Source: Nitrospirota bacterium
GTDB taxonomy: Bacteria; Nitrospirota; UBA9217
Reading direction: 5' to 3'
DNA: 64,000 nt
NCBI GenBank assembly: GCA_963796285.1
Contig: CAWCKW010000012.1
Span: 1,856,001-1,920,000 of the forward strand
The notes under the pieces are model-generated. The model saw only the letters and a program-made list of their open reading frames with translations. It did no database searches and was not told where the DNA came from. Shown here piece after piece: positions 1 to 9,865 of this stretch; positions within the stretch are counted from its first letter, which is position 1; the number at the start of each line of letters is the position of its first letter. The position numbers and the translations under genes were made by a program.

Positions 1-487
1 ACGATGCCCCGTGCGAGCCGGTCTGCCCGGTCTATGCCAGCTATCACAACCCCGACGGACTGAACGGCCAGGTCTACAACCGCTGCGTGGGCACCCGTTA
101 CTGCGGAAACAACTGCCCCTATGCCGTGCGGGTCTTCAACTTCTACGACCATGAGCACGCCTGGCCCCCTCCGCTGAACAATCAGCTAAGCCCGGACATC
201 ACCGTGCGAAGCCGCGGGGTGATGGAAAAGTGTTCCTTCTGCATCCAGCGCATCCGCCGGGCCAAGGAAGAGGCCAAGGCCGAACAGAGGCTGATCAAGG
301 ACGGAGAGGTGCAGCCGGCCTGCGCCCAGACCTGTCCTGCGGATGCCCTGGTCTTCGGCAACACTGCAGACCCCGAGAGCCGGGTTGCCGGCTTTCCCGC
401 AGCCCCAGGCGCTTCCGGCTCCTGGAGCACCTGGGCACACACCCCTCGATCTACTATCTCAAGGGAGGAGGACGCGAGCATGTCTGA
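1..487 (+). CDS. actB: ActB-like 4Fe-4S subunit of alternative complex III, C-terminal part (5' truncated by window; 1-nt frameshift near 388)
   Basis: Frame 3 reads [40 protein letters not shown]. The natural C-terminus ([16 protein letters not shown]) is in the 230..487 frame, so the 87..1850 ORF is an artefactual fusion. Confidence 0.85.
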
Positions 488-1850
488 GCCAACGATCTTT
501 ATTGTTAAAAACGCCGAGCAACTGAACGACGAGATGCTCTCTTCGATGCGGCCCCCTACCTGGCGCTGGTACGGGCTTGCATTCTTCCTCGGAGTGGTAG
601 TGGCCTGGGGTCTTTATGCCTTCACATATATGGTAACGACGGACCTGAGCGTAACGGGTCTGGACCGCCCGGTCATGTGGGGGATATTCATCGTCAACTT
701 CGTATTCTGGGTCGGACTCTCTCATTCCGGGACCATGGTCTCTGCAATCTTGCGTCTCTCCCAGGCCAACTGGCGCAGACCGATCCTGCGGGCCGCCGAG
801 GCGATGACCGTTTTCACCATCACCGTGGCCGGTCTTTTCCCGGTCATCCACCTGGGCCGCAACTGGGTCGTCTACTATTTTCTTCCCTACCCCAATCAGC
901 GGGGGCTGTGGTCAAATTTCCGTTCGCCCCTCTTGTGGGACATGACGGCGATAACGGCTTATATCATCGGGAGCAGCCTTTTCCTTTATCTGGGCATGAT
1001 CCCCGACCTGGCAATTGCGCGTGACCGGGCGAGCGGCTGGCGAAAAAAGCTCTACGCGGCCCTGGCCATGGGATGGCGGGGCAGCGGACGGGAGTGGGTG
1101 GTGTTCCGCCAGGCATCCACCCTGATGGCTGCCCTGATCATTCCGGTGGCAGTGTCGGTCCACTCCATCGTGGCCTGGGATTTCGCCGTTACCGTGGTCC
1201 CCGGCTGGCACAGCACCATCTTCCCTCCTTATTTCGTGATTGGAGCGATCCTCTCGGGCGTGGCTGCAGTGATCACCCTGATGATAGTCATCCGCCGGAT
1301 TTTCCATCTGGAGGCGTATCTCACACCGCTCCACTTCGACAACATGGGGAAGCTTTTGTTGGTGATCTCCCTTCTCTGGTCCTATGCCTATTTCGTCGAG
1401 GTCCAGACCACCTGGTTTGCCCATGAACCGATCGAATGGGAGGTCTTCAATTTTATGTCCGGGAAGTATACCCCGGCGTTGATCTTGATGCTTCTCGGCA
1501 ACTCGGTGCTGCCGATCACGGCCCTCTGCTTCAAGAAGCTGCGGCGCTCTATCGGGGTAATGCTTGTCGTCACTCTCCTGGTCAATGTCGGCATGTTCAT
1601 CGAGCGCTTCCTTATCATCGTTCCGTCGCTCTCGCATAAGAACATGCCTTTCGTCTGGGGCACCTACTTCCCGACCTGGGTTGAGTTCTCGATCACTGCA
1701 GCCGCCTTTGCAGGTTTCGCATTGCTGTATGCCCTTTTCTCGAAATTCTTCCCTCTGGTCGCGGTGACAGACGTGCGGGAGCTCGAAGTCCGAAAGACTG
1801 CTGTTCAGCTCGGCCGCGCCAAGGTGCCGTCGATCGTGGGAAAGGAGTAG
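480..1850 (+). CDS. actC: ActC/NrfD-family quinol-interacting membrane subunit
   Basis: GGAGGAGG RBS before ATG 480; motifs [48 protein letters not shown]; about 10 TM helices. Confidence 0.9.
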   Translation: MSEPTIFIVKNAEQLNDEMLSSMRPPTWRWYGLAFFLGVVVAWGLYAFTYMVTTDLSVTGLDRPVMWGIFIVNFVFWVGLSHSGTMVSAILRLSQANWRRPILRAAEAMTVFTITVAGLFPVIHLGRNWVVYYFLPYPNQRGLWSNFRSPLLWDMTAITAYIIGSSLFLYLGMIPDLAIARDRASGWRKKLYAALAMGWRGSGREWVVFRQASTLMAALIIPVAVSVHSIVAWDFAVTVVPGWHSTIFPPYFVIGAILSGVAAVITLMIVIRRIFHLEAYLTPLHFDNMGKLLLVISLLWSYAYFVEVQTTWFAHEPIEWEVFNFMSGKYTPALILMLLGNSVLPITALCFKKLRRSIGVMLVVTLLVNVGMFIERFLIIVPSLSHKNMPFVWGTYFPTWVEFSITAAAFAGFALLYALFSKFFPLVAVTDVRELEVRKTAVQLGRAKVPSIVGKE

Positions 1851-1854
1851 ACGG

Positions 1855-2364
1855 ATGGAAACTCTCGGGATATTTAAGGATATTGAGAACGCGAGCAGGG
1901 GCGTGGACAGCCTGGTTAAGGCGGGGTTCGACGAAGCGGATATCACCTCACTGACCTCCGTTCCTTATCCCGACAACGTGCTGGTGAAGACCGATCAACG
2001 CACCTGGTTCCGCTGGCTGGCCGTGGCAGGCGGCTTGGTCGGCGCTGCTGCAGGCTTTCTCCTGGCAGCGGGCACTGCCTGGCTCTACCCGGTGCAGACC
2101 GGCGACAAGCCGATCATCGCACTTTACCCGACCGGGATCATCACCTATGAACTCGCCATGCTCTTCGCCATAGTCGGCACCATAGGCGGGATGTTTCTTG
2201 AAATGAGGCTTCCGCCCTGGGAAAAGCGCCCCTATGATACGGCCATCAGCGAGGGATGCATCGGCATCAGTGTTTTCGTACCCAGAGGAGAGAAAAGCAA
2301 AATGGCGGAAGAGATCATGAAGCAAGCCGGCGCCTTGCGGATCATTGCGGAGGAAACAGTATGA
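1855..2364 (+). CDS. actD: ActD (DUF3341) subunit
   Basis: Two TM helices with GDKP..P...ITYELAMLFA; directly follows actC. Confidence 0.8.
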   Translation: METLGIFKDIENASRGVDSLVKAGFDEADITSLTSVPYPDNVLVKTDQRTWFRWLAVAGGLVGAAAGFLLAAGTAWLYPVQTGDKPIIALYPTGIITYELAMLFAIVGTIGGMFLEMRLPPWEKRPYDTAISEGCIGISVFVPRGEKSKMAEEIMKQAGALRIIAEETV

Positions 2365-2816
2365 GATGGGTTTCGAAACTGCTCATTCTGGCCACGGCTC
2401 CTCTGCTGTTAGCGGCGATCTGGATGGATGATCAGCAATCCTACAAACCGTATAAAGCGCCGGTACTCTCCCCGCCCGCAGGCGCTGTGCCGGTTTCAGG
2501 CAAAGAGATCGTCTCGCAACAGGCCGATTTGAGAAATCCCATAACCCCGACCGAAGCATCCCTGTCGCAGGGGAAGGCGCTCTTCGATATCAACTGCGCC
2601 ATGTGTCACGGCCAGACCTCGGCGGAACGCGGTCCCGTGGGTAAAAAACTCGTTCCACCGCCGCCGGGCCTCGACCCTGGTATGGTGAAGGGCCTGAGCG
2701 ACTCCACGATCTTCAAGGCCATTACCTTCGGTTTCGGCCGCATGCCGTCCTTTAAGGACAAGCTCAAGCCCGAAGAGCGATGGAGTCTGGCCAACTTCCT
2801 GCGGACACGCAAATGA
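2361..2816 (+). CDS. actE: ActE-like monoheme cytochrome c
   Basis: ATGA overlap with actD; MDDQ..YKP, PPAGAVP, CAMCHG, distal GRMPSF. Confidence 0.8.
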   Translation: MRWVSKLLILATAPLLLAAIWMDDQQSYKPYKAPVLSPPAGAVPVSGKEIVSQQADLRNPITPTEASLSQGKALFDINCAMCHGQTSAERGPVGKKLVPPPPGLDPGMVKGLSDSTIFKAITFGFGRMPSFKDKLKPEERWSLANFLRTRK

Positions 2817-3175
2817 ATGTCTGGCCTTTTCAACGGCCTGATCTTCCATTCCACACCCTCGAAAAACGAAGCTGCGCGAAGAAGCTCGGATAACGCTCTG
2901 CAAGCCGCCCATTCGAGGGTACGGCCATGAGCACTGGCGATGCAATTCTCCTTGACTCCTACGTGACGGCGGTATGAAGAAGGATTTCCAATAAAGCTCG
3001 CGCTGCGTATTTTGCTATACTAATAAAATGCAATTATTGTGCGGATTTACTTCGTTATTTTTATGATTTGAGAAGATCCGTTACGTATCAGTGCAATTCA
3101 TTGCTTCGTCATAATCATCAGGGTCAAAGATCGTTGTCTTATAAACGCGGGATTTACCGGGATCGAGGCATGTTA

Positions 3176-4561
3176 ATGGATACCGTTCTGCTTTCACGAA
3201 TTCAGTTTGCCGTCACGACCCTTTTCCACATCCTCTTTCCCACGTTGACCATAGGCCTCTCCGTCTTTCTTGTAGTCGTCGAGCTCCTGTGGCTCAAGAC
3301 AAAGGAAGAACTGTATTACCGCATGTATCGTTTTTGGGTGAAGTTCTTTGCCGTCAATTTCAGCGTCGGAGTCGTCACCGGGATCGTGCTGGAATTTGAA
3401 TTCGGCACTAATTTCTCCGGCTTTTCTCAAGCGGCCAGCAATGTCATTGCCCCTCTCATGGCCTTCGAGGTCATGACCGCCTTCTTTCTGGAGTCCGGTT
3501 TCCTCGGCATCATGCTGTTCGGATGGAACAGGGTAAGCCGTCACATGCATTTTCTCGCTACCTCGCTCGTGGCAGTCGGGACCATTCTCTCTTCCTTCTG
3601 GATCATTGCAGCTAATTCGTGGATGCAGACCCCGGCCGGTTACCGTCTGATCGATGGAAAGTTCATGGTCACTGATTTCCACGCCGCGATCTTTAATCCT
3701 TCCACGCTCGTGCGCATGCTTCATATGAGCACGGCCGCGCTCGAGACCACTGCGTTTGTCGTTGCCGGGGTCAGCGCATACTTTCTCCTGAAGGGCGGCA
3801 CGAGCGTCCTTTTTCGACGTTCTCTCACGATCGCACTGATCATGGCCGCGCTGTTCGCTCCGCTCCAGATGATCATCGGTGACCTGAGCGGCAGAATGGT
3901 TTTTCGTCATCAGCCTGCCAAGCTTGCCGCAACGGAAGCCCATTGGGAGACAAACAGGGAGGGAGGCGCACCCTTTGTCGTTGTGGCTTTTCCTGATGTG
4001 AAGGAGGAAAAGAATACGTTCGAGATCTCCCTGCCGAACGGCCTCAGTCTCCTGGCCACTCACACTCTTCATGGCCGGGTTTCAGGGCTGAAAGAATTCG
4101 CGAGAGAGGACCGTCCGAGTGTTCCTCTTCTATTCCTGGCATTCCGCATCATGATAGGGATTGGGACGCTCTTGCTGCTGGTAATGATCTGGGGATTCAT
4201 TCTCTGGAGAAAAGGGAGACTCTTCGAACACCGGCCATTTCTCTGGACGCTTGTGGTCATCCACCCCCTCGGTTTTCTTGCTGTCGAGACCGGATGGATA
4301 ACGACCGAAGCGGGCCGGCAGCCCTGGCTCGTTTATGGTCTTATGAGAACGGCCGAGGGTCTTTCACCCATTCCACCGGGCAATGTGATCTGGTCTCTCA
4401 GTCTCTTTCTCATCATCTTTGCGTCGATCGGCTTGATCTACTTATTTTACATCCTGAATATGATCAAACGAGGACCGGACGTTTCGAGCCCGATCCCTGC
4501 GGTTCAGCTTCCAGCGGGGATGCGGCCTTTACAAGATCAGGAGGGAACAACCAACGCTTAG
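3176..4561 (+). CDS. cydA: Cytochrome bd quinol oxidase subunit I (short Q-loop)
   Basis: [45 protein letters not shown]. Confidence 0.95.
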   Translation: MDTVLLSRIQFAVTTLFHILFPTLTIGLSVFLVVVELLWLKTKEELYYRMYRFWVKFFAVNFSVGVVTGIVLEFEFGTNFSGFSQAASNVIAPLMAFEVMTAFFLESGFLGIMLFGWNRVSRHMHFLATSLVAVGTILSSFWIIAANSWMQTPAGYRLIDGKFMVTDFHAAIFNPSTLVRMLHMSTAALETTAFVVAGVSAYFLLKGGTSVLFRRSLTIALIMAALFAPLQMIIGDLSGRMVFRHQPAKLAATEAHWETNREGGAPFVVVAFPDVKEEKNTFEISLPNGLSLLATHTLHGRVSGLKEFAREDRPSVPLLFLAFRIMIGIGTLLLLVMIWGFILWRKGRLFEHRPFLWTLVVIHPLGFLAVETGWITTEAGRQPWLVYGLMRTAEGLSPIPPGNVIWSLSLFLIIFASIGLIYLFYILNMIKRGPDVSSPIPAVQLPAGMRPLQDQEGTTNA

Positions 4562-4630
4562 CAAAAAGCTGAACGGAGAATTTTCGCCGCAAAGACTCGG
4601 TGAATGGTAATTGAAGTCTTGGAGTAATTT

Positions 4631-5626
4631 ATGAACATTGTCGACATCTGGATCGCGCTTCTTGCTCTGACGGTGATCCTTTACGTGATCCTGGACGGCT
4701 TCGGACTCGGGATAGCGCTCCTGTTCCCGTTCACGCATAATGAGGAAGAGCGCGACACGCTGATGAACAGCATTGCACCCGTCTGGGATGCGAATCAGAC
4801 CTGGCTCGTCTTCGGCGGCGGCATCCTGCTTGTGGCCTTTCCACTGGTATATGGAGTGCTCTTCAGCGCCATGTATATCCCTCTCTTTACGCTTCTCTAT
4901 GGCCTGATCTTCCGCGGCGTGTCTTTTGAGTTCCGGTTGAATGCCGCGCGAAAATATATCTGGGACAGAGCGTTCTTCCTTGGAGGTCTTGCTGCAGTGG
5001 CAGCACAGGGTTTGATCCTGGGCGGCGTCCTTACCGGAACAAAAATTGCGGGGAGTCATTTTGCGGGCGGTTCTTTCGACTGGCTAAATCCCTACTCACT
5101 AGCGACGGCTTTCGGATTGATCGCCGGCTATATCCTTCTTGCATCCACTTATCTGATCATCAAGACAACAGGAATAATACAAGCGCGCGCTTACAACAAT
5201 GCCTTTCGGTCATCAGTGGTCGTACTGATATTCCAGCTCTTAATGATCACCTGGACGCCCTTTCACGACCCCAAGGTCCTGGCCCATTGGCTGAGTGCGC
5301 CCAGGGTCTATTTCATCTGGATCTTCCCCGCGCTGGGACTGCTGGCTTTCACCGGGATCATCAAAAGCCTGAGATCGAGGAGTGAGATCATGCCCTTTGT
5401 ATTCAGTGTGGTTTTCTTTTTCGCCGGGTATCTGGGTCTCTTTGCGTCGATCTATCCCCATGCAGTTCCGCCCGGCATCACCTTTTATGATGCAGCAGCG
5501 CAACGGGAAACGCTTGAGTTCACGCTCTGGGGAGCGGCGATAATCCTGCCGGTTGTGTTGGGATATACCATCTACAGATACACGGTTTTCAAAGGCAAGG
5601 TGGGCAAGGAAGGCCATTACCATTGA
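4631..5626 (+). CDS. cydB: Cytochrome bd quinol oxidase subunit II
   Basis: YVILDGFGLG, PVWDANQTWL, LIFRGVSFEFR, FKGK. Confidence 0.95.
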   Translation: MNIVDIWIALLALTVILYVILDGFGLGIALLFPFTHNEEERDTLMNSIAPVWDANQTWLVFGGGILLVAFPLVYGVLFSAMYIPLFTLLYGLIFRGVSFEFRLNAARKYIWDRAFFLGGLAAVAAQGLILGGVLTGTKIAGSHFAGGSFDWLNPYSLATAFGLIAGYILLASTYLIIKTTGIIQARAYNNAFRSSVVVLIFQLLMITWTPFHDPKVLAHWLSAPRVYFIWIFPALGLLAFTGIIKSLRSRSEIMPFVFSVVFFFAGYLGLFASIYPHAVPPGITFYDAAAQRETLEFTLWGAAIILPVVLGYTIYRYTVFKGKVGKEGHYH

Positions 5627-5632
5627 TTTGTC

Positions 5633-5664
5633 CGGTCGATTATAACGCGTTAAACGATCGACCG
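5633..5664. terminator. Inverted repeat between convergent cydB and Nudix genes
   Basis: CGGTCGAT...ATCGACCG stem; no clear U-tract. Confidence 0.35.
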
Positions 5665-5764
5665 ATGGCTGTTTTGTCAGTTGAAGAAAAGGATGGTACA
5701 AGCTGTTTGTCAGGCAAACTGCGTTTCATTTCAGCGCAAAGGCAGGTAGAGCCGAGAATTACCG

Positions 5765-6403
5765 TCAAATGAAAAGGAGCTTTCGCTCACCCTGAAAATA
5801 TCGTCGCGCGAGGAGGAGCAGCTTCAGATAATAGTTGTCGAAGCACGGGACGAACTCCTCTGCAGAGACAGCGACCCGTTCAGCGGCGGTACTGTTCCGG
5901 TACAGGCTGCATTCGATACTGCGGACTTCTCCGGTGAAAAGTCTGATGCCGTGGTCCACTTCCATTTCCAGCACCGCGTCCACTTCTTCCGTCTGAAGTA
6001 CAAAGGCGTCAGGCCGCATCTCACGAATAAGCAGGAACACGTCCTGGAATTCGTACTCTATCACCCCGGGAGTAAAACAATACACAAATACCCTTCGTCC
6101 GAGGGGCAGGAGGTCGGTGAACCGGACATCAAGCCCCAGTTCCTCCTTGATCTCCCGCGGTCCGGCGACCTTCGCATCCTCGCCTGCTGCGTAGTGTCCT
6201 CCAACACTTACATCGAACATATTCGGCGCGATCTTTTTCTGTGCCGACCGCTTCTGAAAGAGTGCTTGTCCCCTTCCCTCCCGCGAAGACACGAGGAGAC
6301 AGTGGAAGGCCCCGTGCCATATACCGGTCCGGTGAGCCTCATCCCGGGCGATGACCTCCCCGGTCTTCCGGCCGGTACAGTCCAATATATCGAATGTTTC
6401 CGT
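5765..6403 (-). CDS. Nudix hydrolase (IDI/YfcD-like)
   Basis: AHRTGIWH, FQKRSAQK, Nudix box GGHYAAGE....GPREIKEELG; start uncertain (TTG 6385 or ACG 6403). Confidence 0.85.
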   Translation of the reverse strand, partial: TETFDILDCTGRKTGEVIARDEAHRTGIWHGAFHCLLVSSREGRGQALFQKRSAQKKIAPNMFDVSVGGHYAAGEDAKVAGPREIKEELGLDVRFTDLLPLGRRVFVYCFTPGVIEYEFQDVFLLIREMRPDAFVLQTEEVDAVLEMEVDHGIRLFTGEVRSIECSLYRNSTAAERVAVSAEEFVPCFDNYYLKLLLLARRYFQGERKLLFI

Positions 6404-6598
6404 AAGCCCTCCTCGTAATCAGTATCAATTTAATAACACGCAGGACAATTATAAATTAAATCGAAATACTTTTCATTATAATTCCCCCGCGGGCAAATCT
6501 CCTCTGGCAACCATCGAATGATTTCTGTATAATGGTGCCAGCAGTCGACGCGCATGAGTTGGCCGCAGAACGGAACGCCGGCTACTGACCCATGGTCT

Positions 6599-7591
6599 AT
6601 GAACATATCAACCTTCTTCAACTCTTTTGCCGGCATGTATGTGGCCCAGTCGTTCTGCCACTCGATCATCGTTGCGGTGATCGCGGACCGGGCATTGAAA
6701 GCATGGAGGGTCGAGGCCCCTGAGGTCCGGCAGCGGTTCCGCCTCATTGCCATCATTTTTCCAATCGTCTCCTTCCCCCTGTACCAGCTGATAAATCCCG
6801 ATAGAAGCTCGGCTCTGTTCAGGCTCGGATCGCTGTTCGACATCAACCGCTGGTTGAGCATGGAGATCTGGGGCCTTCTCCCTGTCGGTCTGCTCTTCCT
6901 GCTCCTCCTTGGTTTCACGACACTGGTCTTTTTTTTTCAGGAGATGTTCCCGGTGATCATGCATTCGCTGGAATCGAAACAGGTGGAGCACGAAGGCACA
7001 CACCTGGATGAAGACCCGTTCATTGAAGAAGCCTCGCGATTGCTGTCCATCAAGATACCGGACGTTGTCCTTCTCGACGATGACGAACCTCTCCTGTTCT
7101 CTTCCACGGGGAAGGACCCCGTTATCTTCACCTCAACGGGTCTCTCGCGGGCGCTTACCAGGGAACAGATGCAGGCTGCGTTGGCGCATGAGATCGCGCA
7201 CATTGCCCGAAGCAGGCGTCCCCTGCTGATCATTGTGTTCATCCTCAGGATCATCATGTTCTTCAATCCCGTCGTCCTGTTGAAATTCAGGAGGGCGGTC
7301 AAGGACGAAGAAAAAATATGCGACGACATCGCGGTTTCGTTGACCCATAACCCCGCGGCGCTCGCCGACGCGCTCAAAATATTTTTGCATAAAAAGGACG
7401 AAGTCCCTGAACCAAGTATCCGAAAGCTCTCCACGTCGAACGTCTCTCTCGAAGAGCACAGCCATAACCTGCACCTGGAGAGCAGAATAAAACGGCTGGA
7501 GTCGGGATCGATCAACACGAGGGAAGGTTGGGGCGTTCCCTTCATGCTTGCGCTTCTGACCGCGGCCGTGCTCAATTACTTTATCGTATGA
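6599..7591 (+). CDS. Membrane zinc metallopeptidase, M56 (BlaR1-like)/M48 family
   Basis: HEIAH zinc motif, FFNP, EKICDD, N-terminal TM helices. Confidence 0.8.
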   Translation: MNISTFFNSFAGMYVAQSFCHSIIVAVIADRALKAWRVEAPEVRQRFRLIAIIFPIVSFPLYQLINPDRSSALFRLGSLFDINRWLSMEIWGLLPVGLLFLLLLGFTTLVFFFQEMFPVIMHSLESKQVEHEGTHLDEDPFIEEASRLLSIKIPDVVLLDDDEPLLFSSTGKDPVIFTSTGLSRALTREQMQAALAHEIAHIARSRRPLLIIVFILRIIMFFNPVVLLKFRRAVKDEEKICDDIAVSLTHNPAALADALKIFLHKKDEVPEPSIRKLSTSNVSLEEHSHNLHLESRIKRLESGSINTREGWGVPFMLALLTAAVLNYFIV

Positions 7592-7607
7592 AGCAGCGAG
7601 GTGCGCC

Positions 7608-8135
7608 ATGAATAAAAAATTGACCGGTTTCCTGACGTTCGCCCTCATGATCGTGCTGCTTATTGCGGCCCTCAAGGTCATGAACTGGCTCCCGCTCGCC
7701 ATGCAGAAAGAGACGATCAGGCAATATGCCAGCGTGGAGGAGGTGCGCGCCGCTTTGGGCATGAAGGAGATCTACGTGCCGTCCTATTTCCCCCAGCAGA
7801 TCATCTGGCCACCGGCCACGATCCTGGCGCAAGGCAGGCCGTTCTCCGCGATCGTCATGGAATTCACCCGTGCGGACAAAAGGAACATCGCGCTTGTCAT
7901 ATCCCAGTCCGAAGGCGGCGCCCTGAACGTTGAAAATCCGATCAAGATCACCAATGTCACCGAAAAGGCGCGATACGCGATAAAAGGCAGAGACGCGGCT
8001 CTGACCGTCGGCACCTGCGGAAATGATGAACCCTGCAGCGGGATAACGTGGAATGAGGGCAAATACACCATGACTGTGCTCATGAAATCAGCGCCCTTTG
8101 AACTGACGAAAATAGCTGAAAGCATGATCCGCTGA
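7608..8135 (+). CDS. Hypothetical membrane-anchored extracytoplasmic protein
   Basis: GAGGTG RBS, N-terminal hydrophobic helix, IYVPSYFP motif, Cys pair. Confidence 0.75.
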   Translation: MNKKLTGFLTFALMIVLLIAALKVMNWLPLAMQKETIRQYASVEEVRAALGMKEIYVPSYFPQQIIWPPATILAQGRPFSAIVMEFTRADKRNIALVISQSEGGALNVENPIKITNVTEKARYAIKGRDAALTVGTCGNDEPCSGITWNEGKYTMTVLMKSAPFELTKIAESMIR

Positions 8136-8458
8136 TCGGGCATTCGTTCGCCATATATCACCGCGGACTGCAGCCGTAGCGAATGCAAAATGCACACTAG
8201 TTTTTGCATTACAAAATTTATGCATGCATGACCATAGCAATATCCCTTCGTTTTCAATCCCCTAGATAAATAAAACCGCCTTTTTCGCATCCGATTCATC
8301 ATTCGGCAATCTCAATACCCCAGGTAACCTTCGGCCTGCCTTTCCTGTCGCAAACTAATAGGATAAATAACCCCTGCAAATAGGTATTTCTTCCCATTTC
8401 CAAAACCCCGTGCCCTTGCTATATATAAACCAACAGAATACGAAAGGAGGTGAAAACC

Positions 8459-8800
8459 ATGCTAAGTTATAAGGCAGGACAAAGGGTTGGGAAAGGCACC
8501 TACTGGGATCTGGCACGCGGACAGAGGATCGATGTGGAACAGGAAGACATTTTGAGCGGAGAGGCCTCATCAACATACTTCCGCATTCCCACGGGTGTCA
8601 TGCTGCTTGCCGGACCGATCATCGGCTTGTTTTACGTGATAGCCCTTCCGTTCATCGGTATCGCTACGCTCGCAACGCTCGCAGCAGGAAAGGTTGCCAA
8701 TGGCTTCCTGGGGCTGATCGGAAGCAGTCTGTCATTCGGCTGGCGACCGAAAGAGGCGTATCTGTCAGGAAAAAAGAAGAGCAAAAAGGAGAAAAAGTAG
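8459..8800 (+). CDS. Small membrane protein of unknown function
   Basis: AGGAGG RBS; KGTYW N-domain, TM hairpin, C-terminal FGWRPKEAYLSGKK. Confidence 0.8.
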   Translation: MLSYKAGQRVGKGTYWDLARGQRIDVEQEDILSGEASSTYFRIPTGVMLLAGPIIGLFYVIALPFIGIATLATLAAGKVANGFLGLIGSSLSFGWRPKEAYLSGKKKSKKEKK

Positions 8801-8900
8801 CGTTACGGCGGGCAGGAACACGGACACCTGTGCGAAGCGGTCATGCGGGTCCCACCACACCAGGCGGATGAACCTCCGCTGGAACCAAGGAGGAAACACC

Positions 8901-9317
8901 ATGCATACACTCGTAGATTTCATAACCCAGGTAAAAGGAATTGAATACGTATTATCGATACTGTTTATCGGAGGCTTCCTCCTGTTCTGGGAGATCCTGA
9001 AGCCCCGGCCCTTCGCCACGGTCATAAGCGCAGGCAAGGATGACCTGGAGCACATCAAGCAGAACGGCTATCGGGAAACCATGAAGTTCGCCGGCAAGAT
9101 AGCGGCCGCCCCCTTCATCGGGTTGATGTATATCGTCATGCTGCCCGTCGGTTTCTTCTTTGTATTGTTGTCTGAAGCCGTGAACCTGCTCGTCAAGGGC
9201 GTGTCCACGCTCCTGGGCAGAGACCTGTCCTTTGAATGGCGCCCCGTGGAGGCCTATTTCACAGGTAAAAAAAGGAAGCGGACAGCGGTCGACGCGGGCA
9301 AGAGCGCGAAGAAATAA
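8901..9317 (+). CDS. Small membrane protein with HmcD-like N-terminus; C-half paralogous to 8459..8800
   Basis: AGGAGG RBS; MHTLVDFITQVKGIEY...FW resembles HmcD; PFIGLMY..LP and FEWRPVEAYFTGKK. Confidence 0.75.
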   Translation: MHTLVDFITQVKGIEYVLSILFIGGFLLFWEILKPRPFATVISAGKDDLEHIKQNGYRETMKFAGKIAAAPFIGLMYIVMLPVGFFFVLLSEAVNLLVKGVSTLLGRDLSFEWRPVEAYFTGKKRKRTAVDAGKSAKK

Positions 9318-9356
9318 CGCTTCTGAGAATACCCATTCGATGAAAGGAACGGACCA

Positions 9357-9821
9357 ATGAGAAAACTACTCGCTATCACCGTGGTCATAAGCTTTTGCCT
9401 TATCGCCGCTGCCCAGATCGGCGCTGCGGCGGAAGCGCCGGGGGTACGCATCCTGGACAGCATCAGGGACGTCTACACCCCGGTGAAGTTCGATCACCCG
9501 AAGCATGTTTCCATCGCGGGCAGTTGCGCTGCCTGCCATCACGAGCACAGCGTGGGTGACGCGTTGCCGTGCAAGCAATGTCATAAGATCTCCCCGGAAA
9601 TATTCAAGAACTCGGTCACCCAAAGCTTTATGCCTTGCAAGAACTGCCACGGCGCTTTTGACCGCGACAACGCCACCATGCCCGGTCTGAAGACCGCGTA
9701 TCACAAACAGTGCTTCAAGTGTCACCGCGGCATGGGCAACATCGGCATGGATCCCAAGGGCTGCGCAGAGCTCTGCCACGCCAGGAAGTTGGACAAAATC
9801 GGTAAAAACGCTCCGAAATAA
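9357..9821 (+). CDS. Class III (c3-type) periplasmic cytochrome
   Basis: Signal peptide, FDHPKH, four CxxCH plus one CxxxCH (CAELCH), LKTAYH. Confidence 0.9.
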   Translation: MRKLLAITVVISFCLIAAAQIGAAAEAPGVRILDSIRDVYTPVKFDHPKHVSIAGSCAACHHEHSVGDALPCKQCHKISPEIFKNSVTQSFMPCKNCHGAFDRDNATMPGLKTAYHKQCFKCHRGMGNIGMDPKGCAELCHARKLDKIGKNAPK

Positions 9822-9865
9822 CAGGGGATACGGGGAGAAAATAAATTCAGCTAAGGAGAGAGGCT

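Noticed and set aside
87-1850. Apparent ActB-ActC fusion ORF
   Set aside because: Caused by a 1-nt indel near 388; the ActB C-terminus and a separate actC RBS and ATG are both present
5712-5760. GGCAAAC...CGCAAAG resembling a c-di-GMP-I riboswitch
   Set aside because: No GNRA-capped stem or second hairpin, and it lies between convergent gene ends
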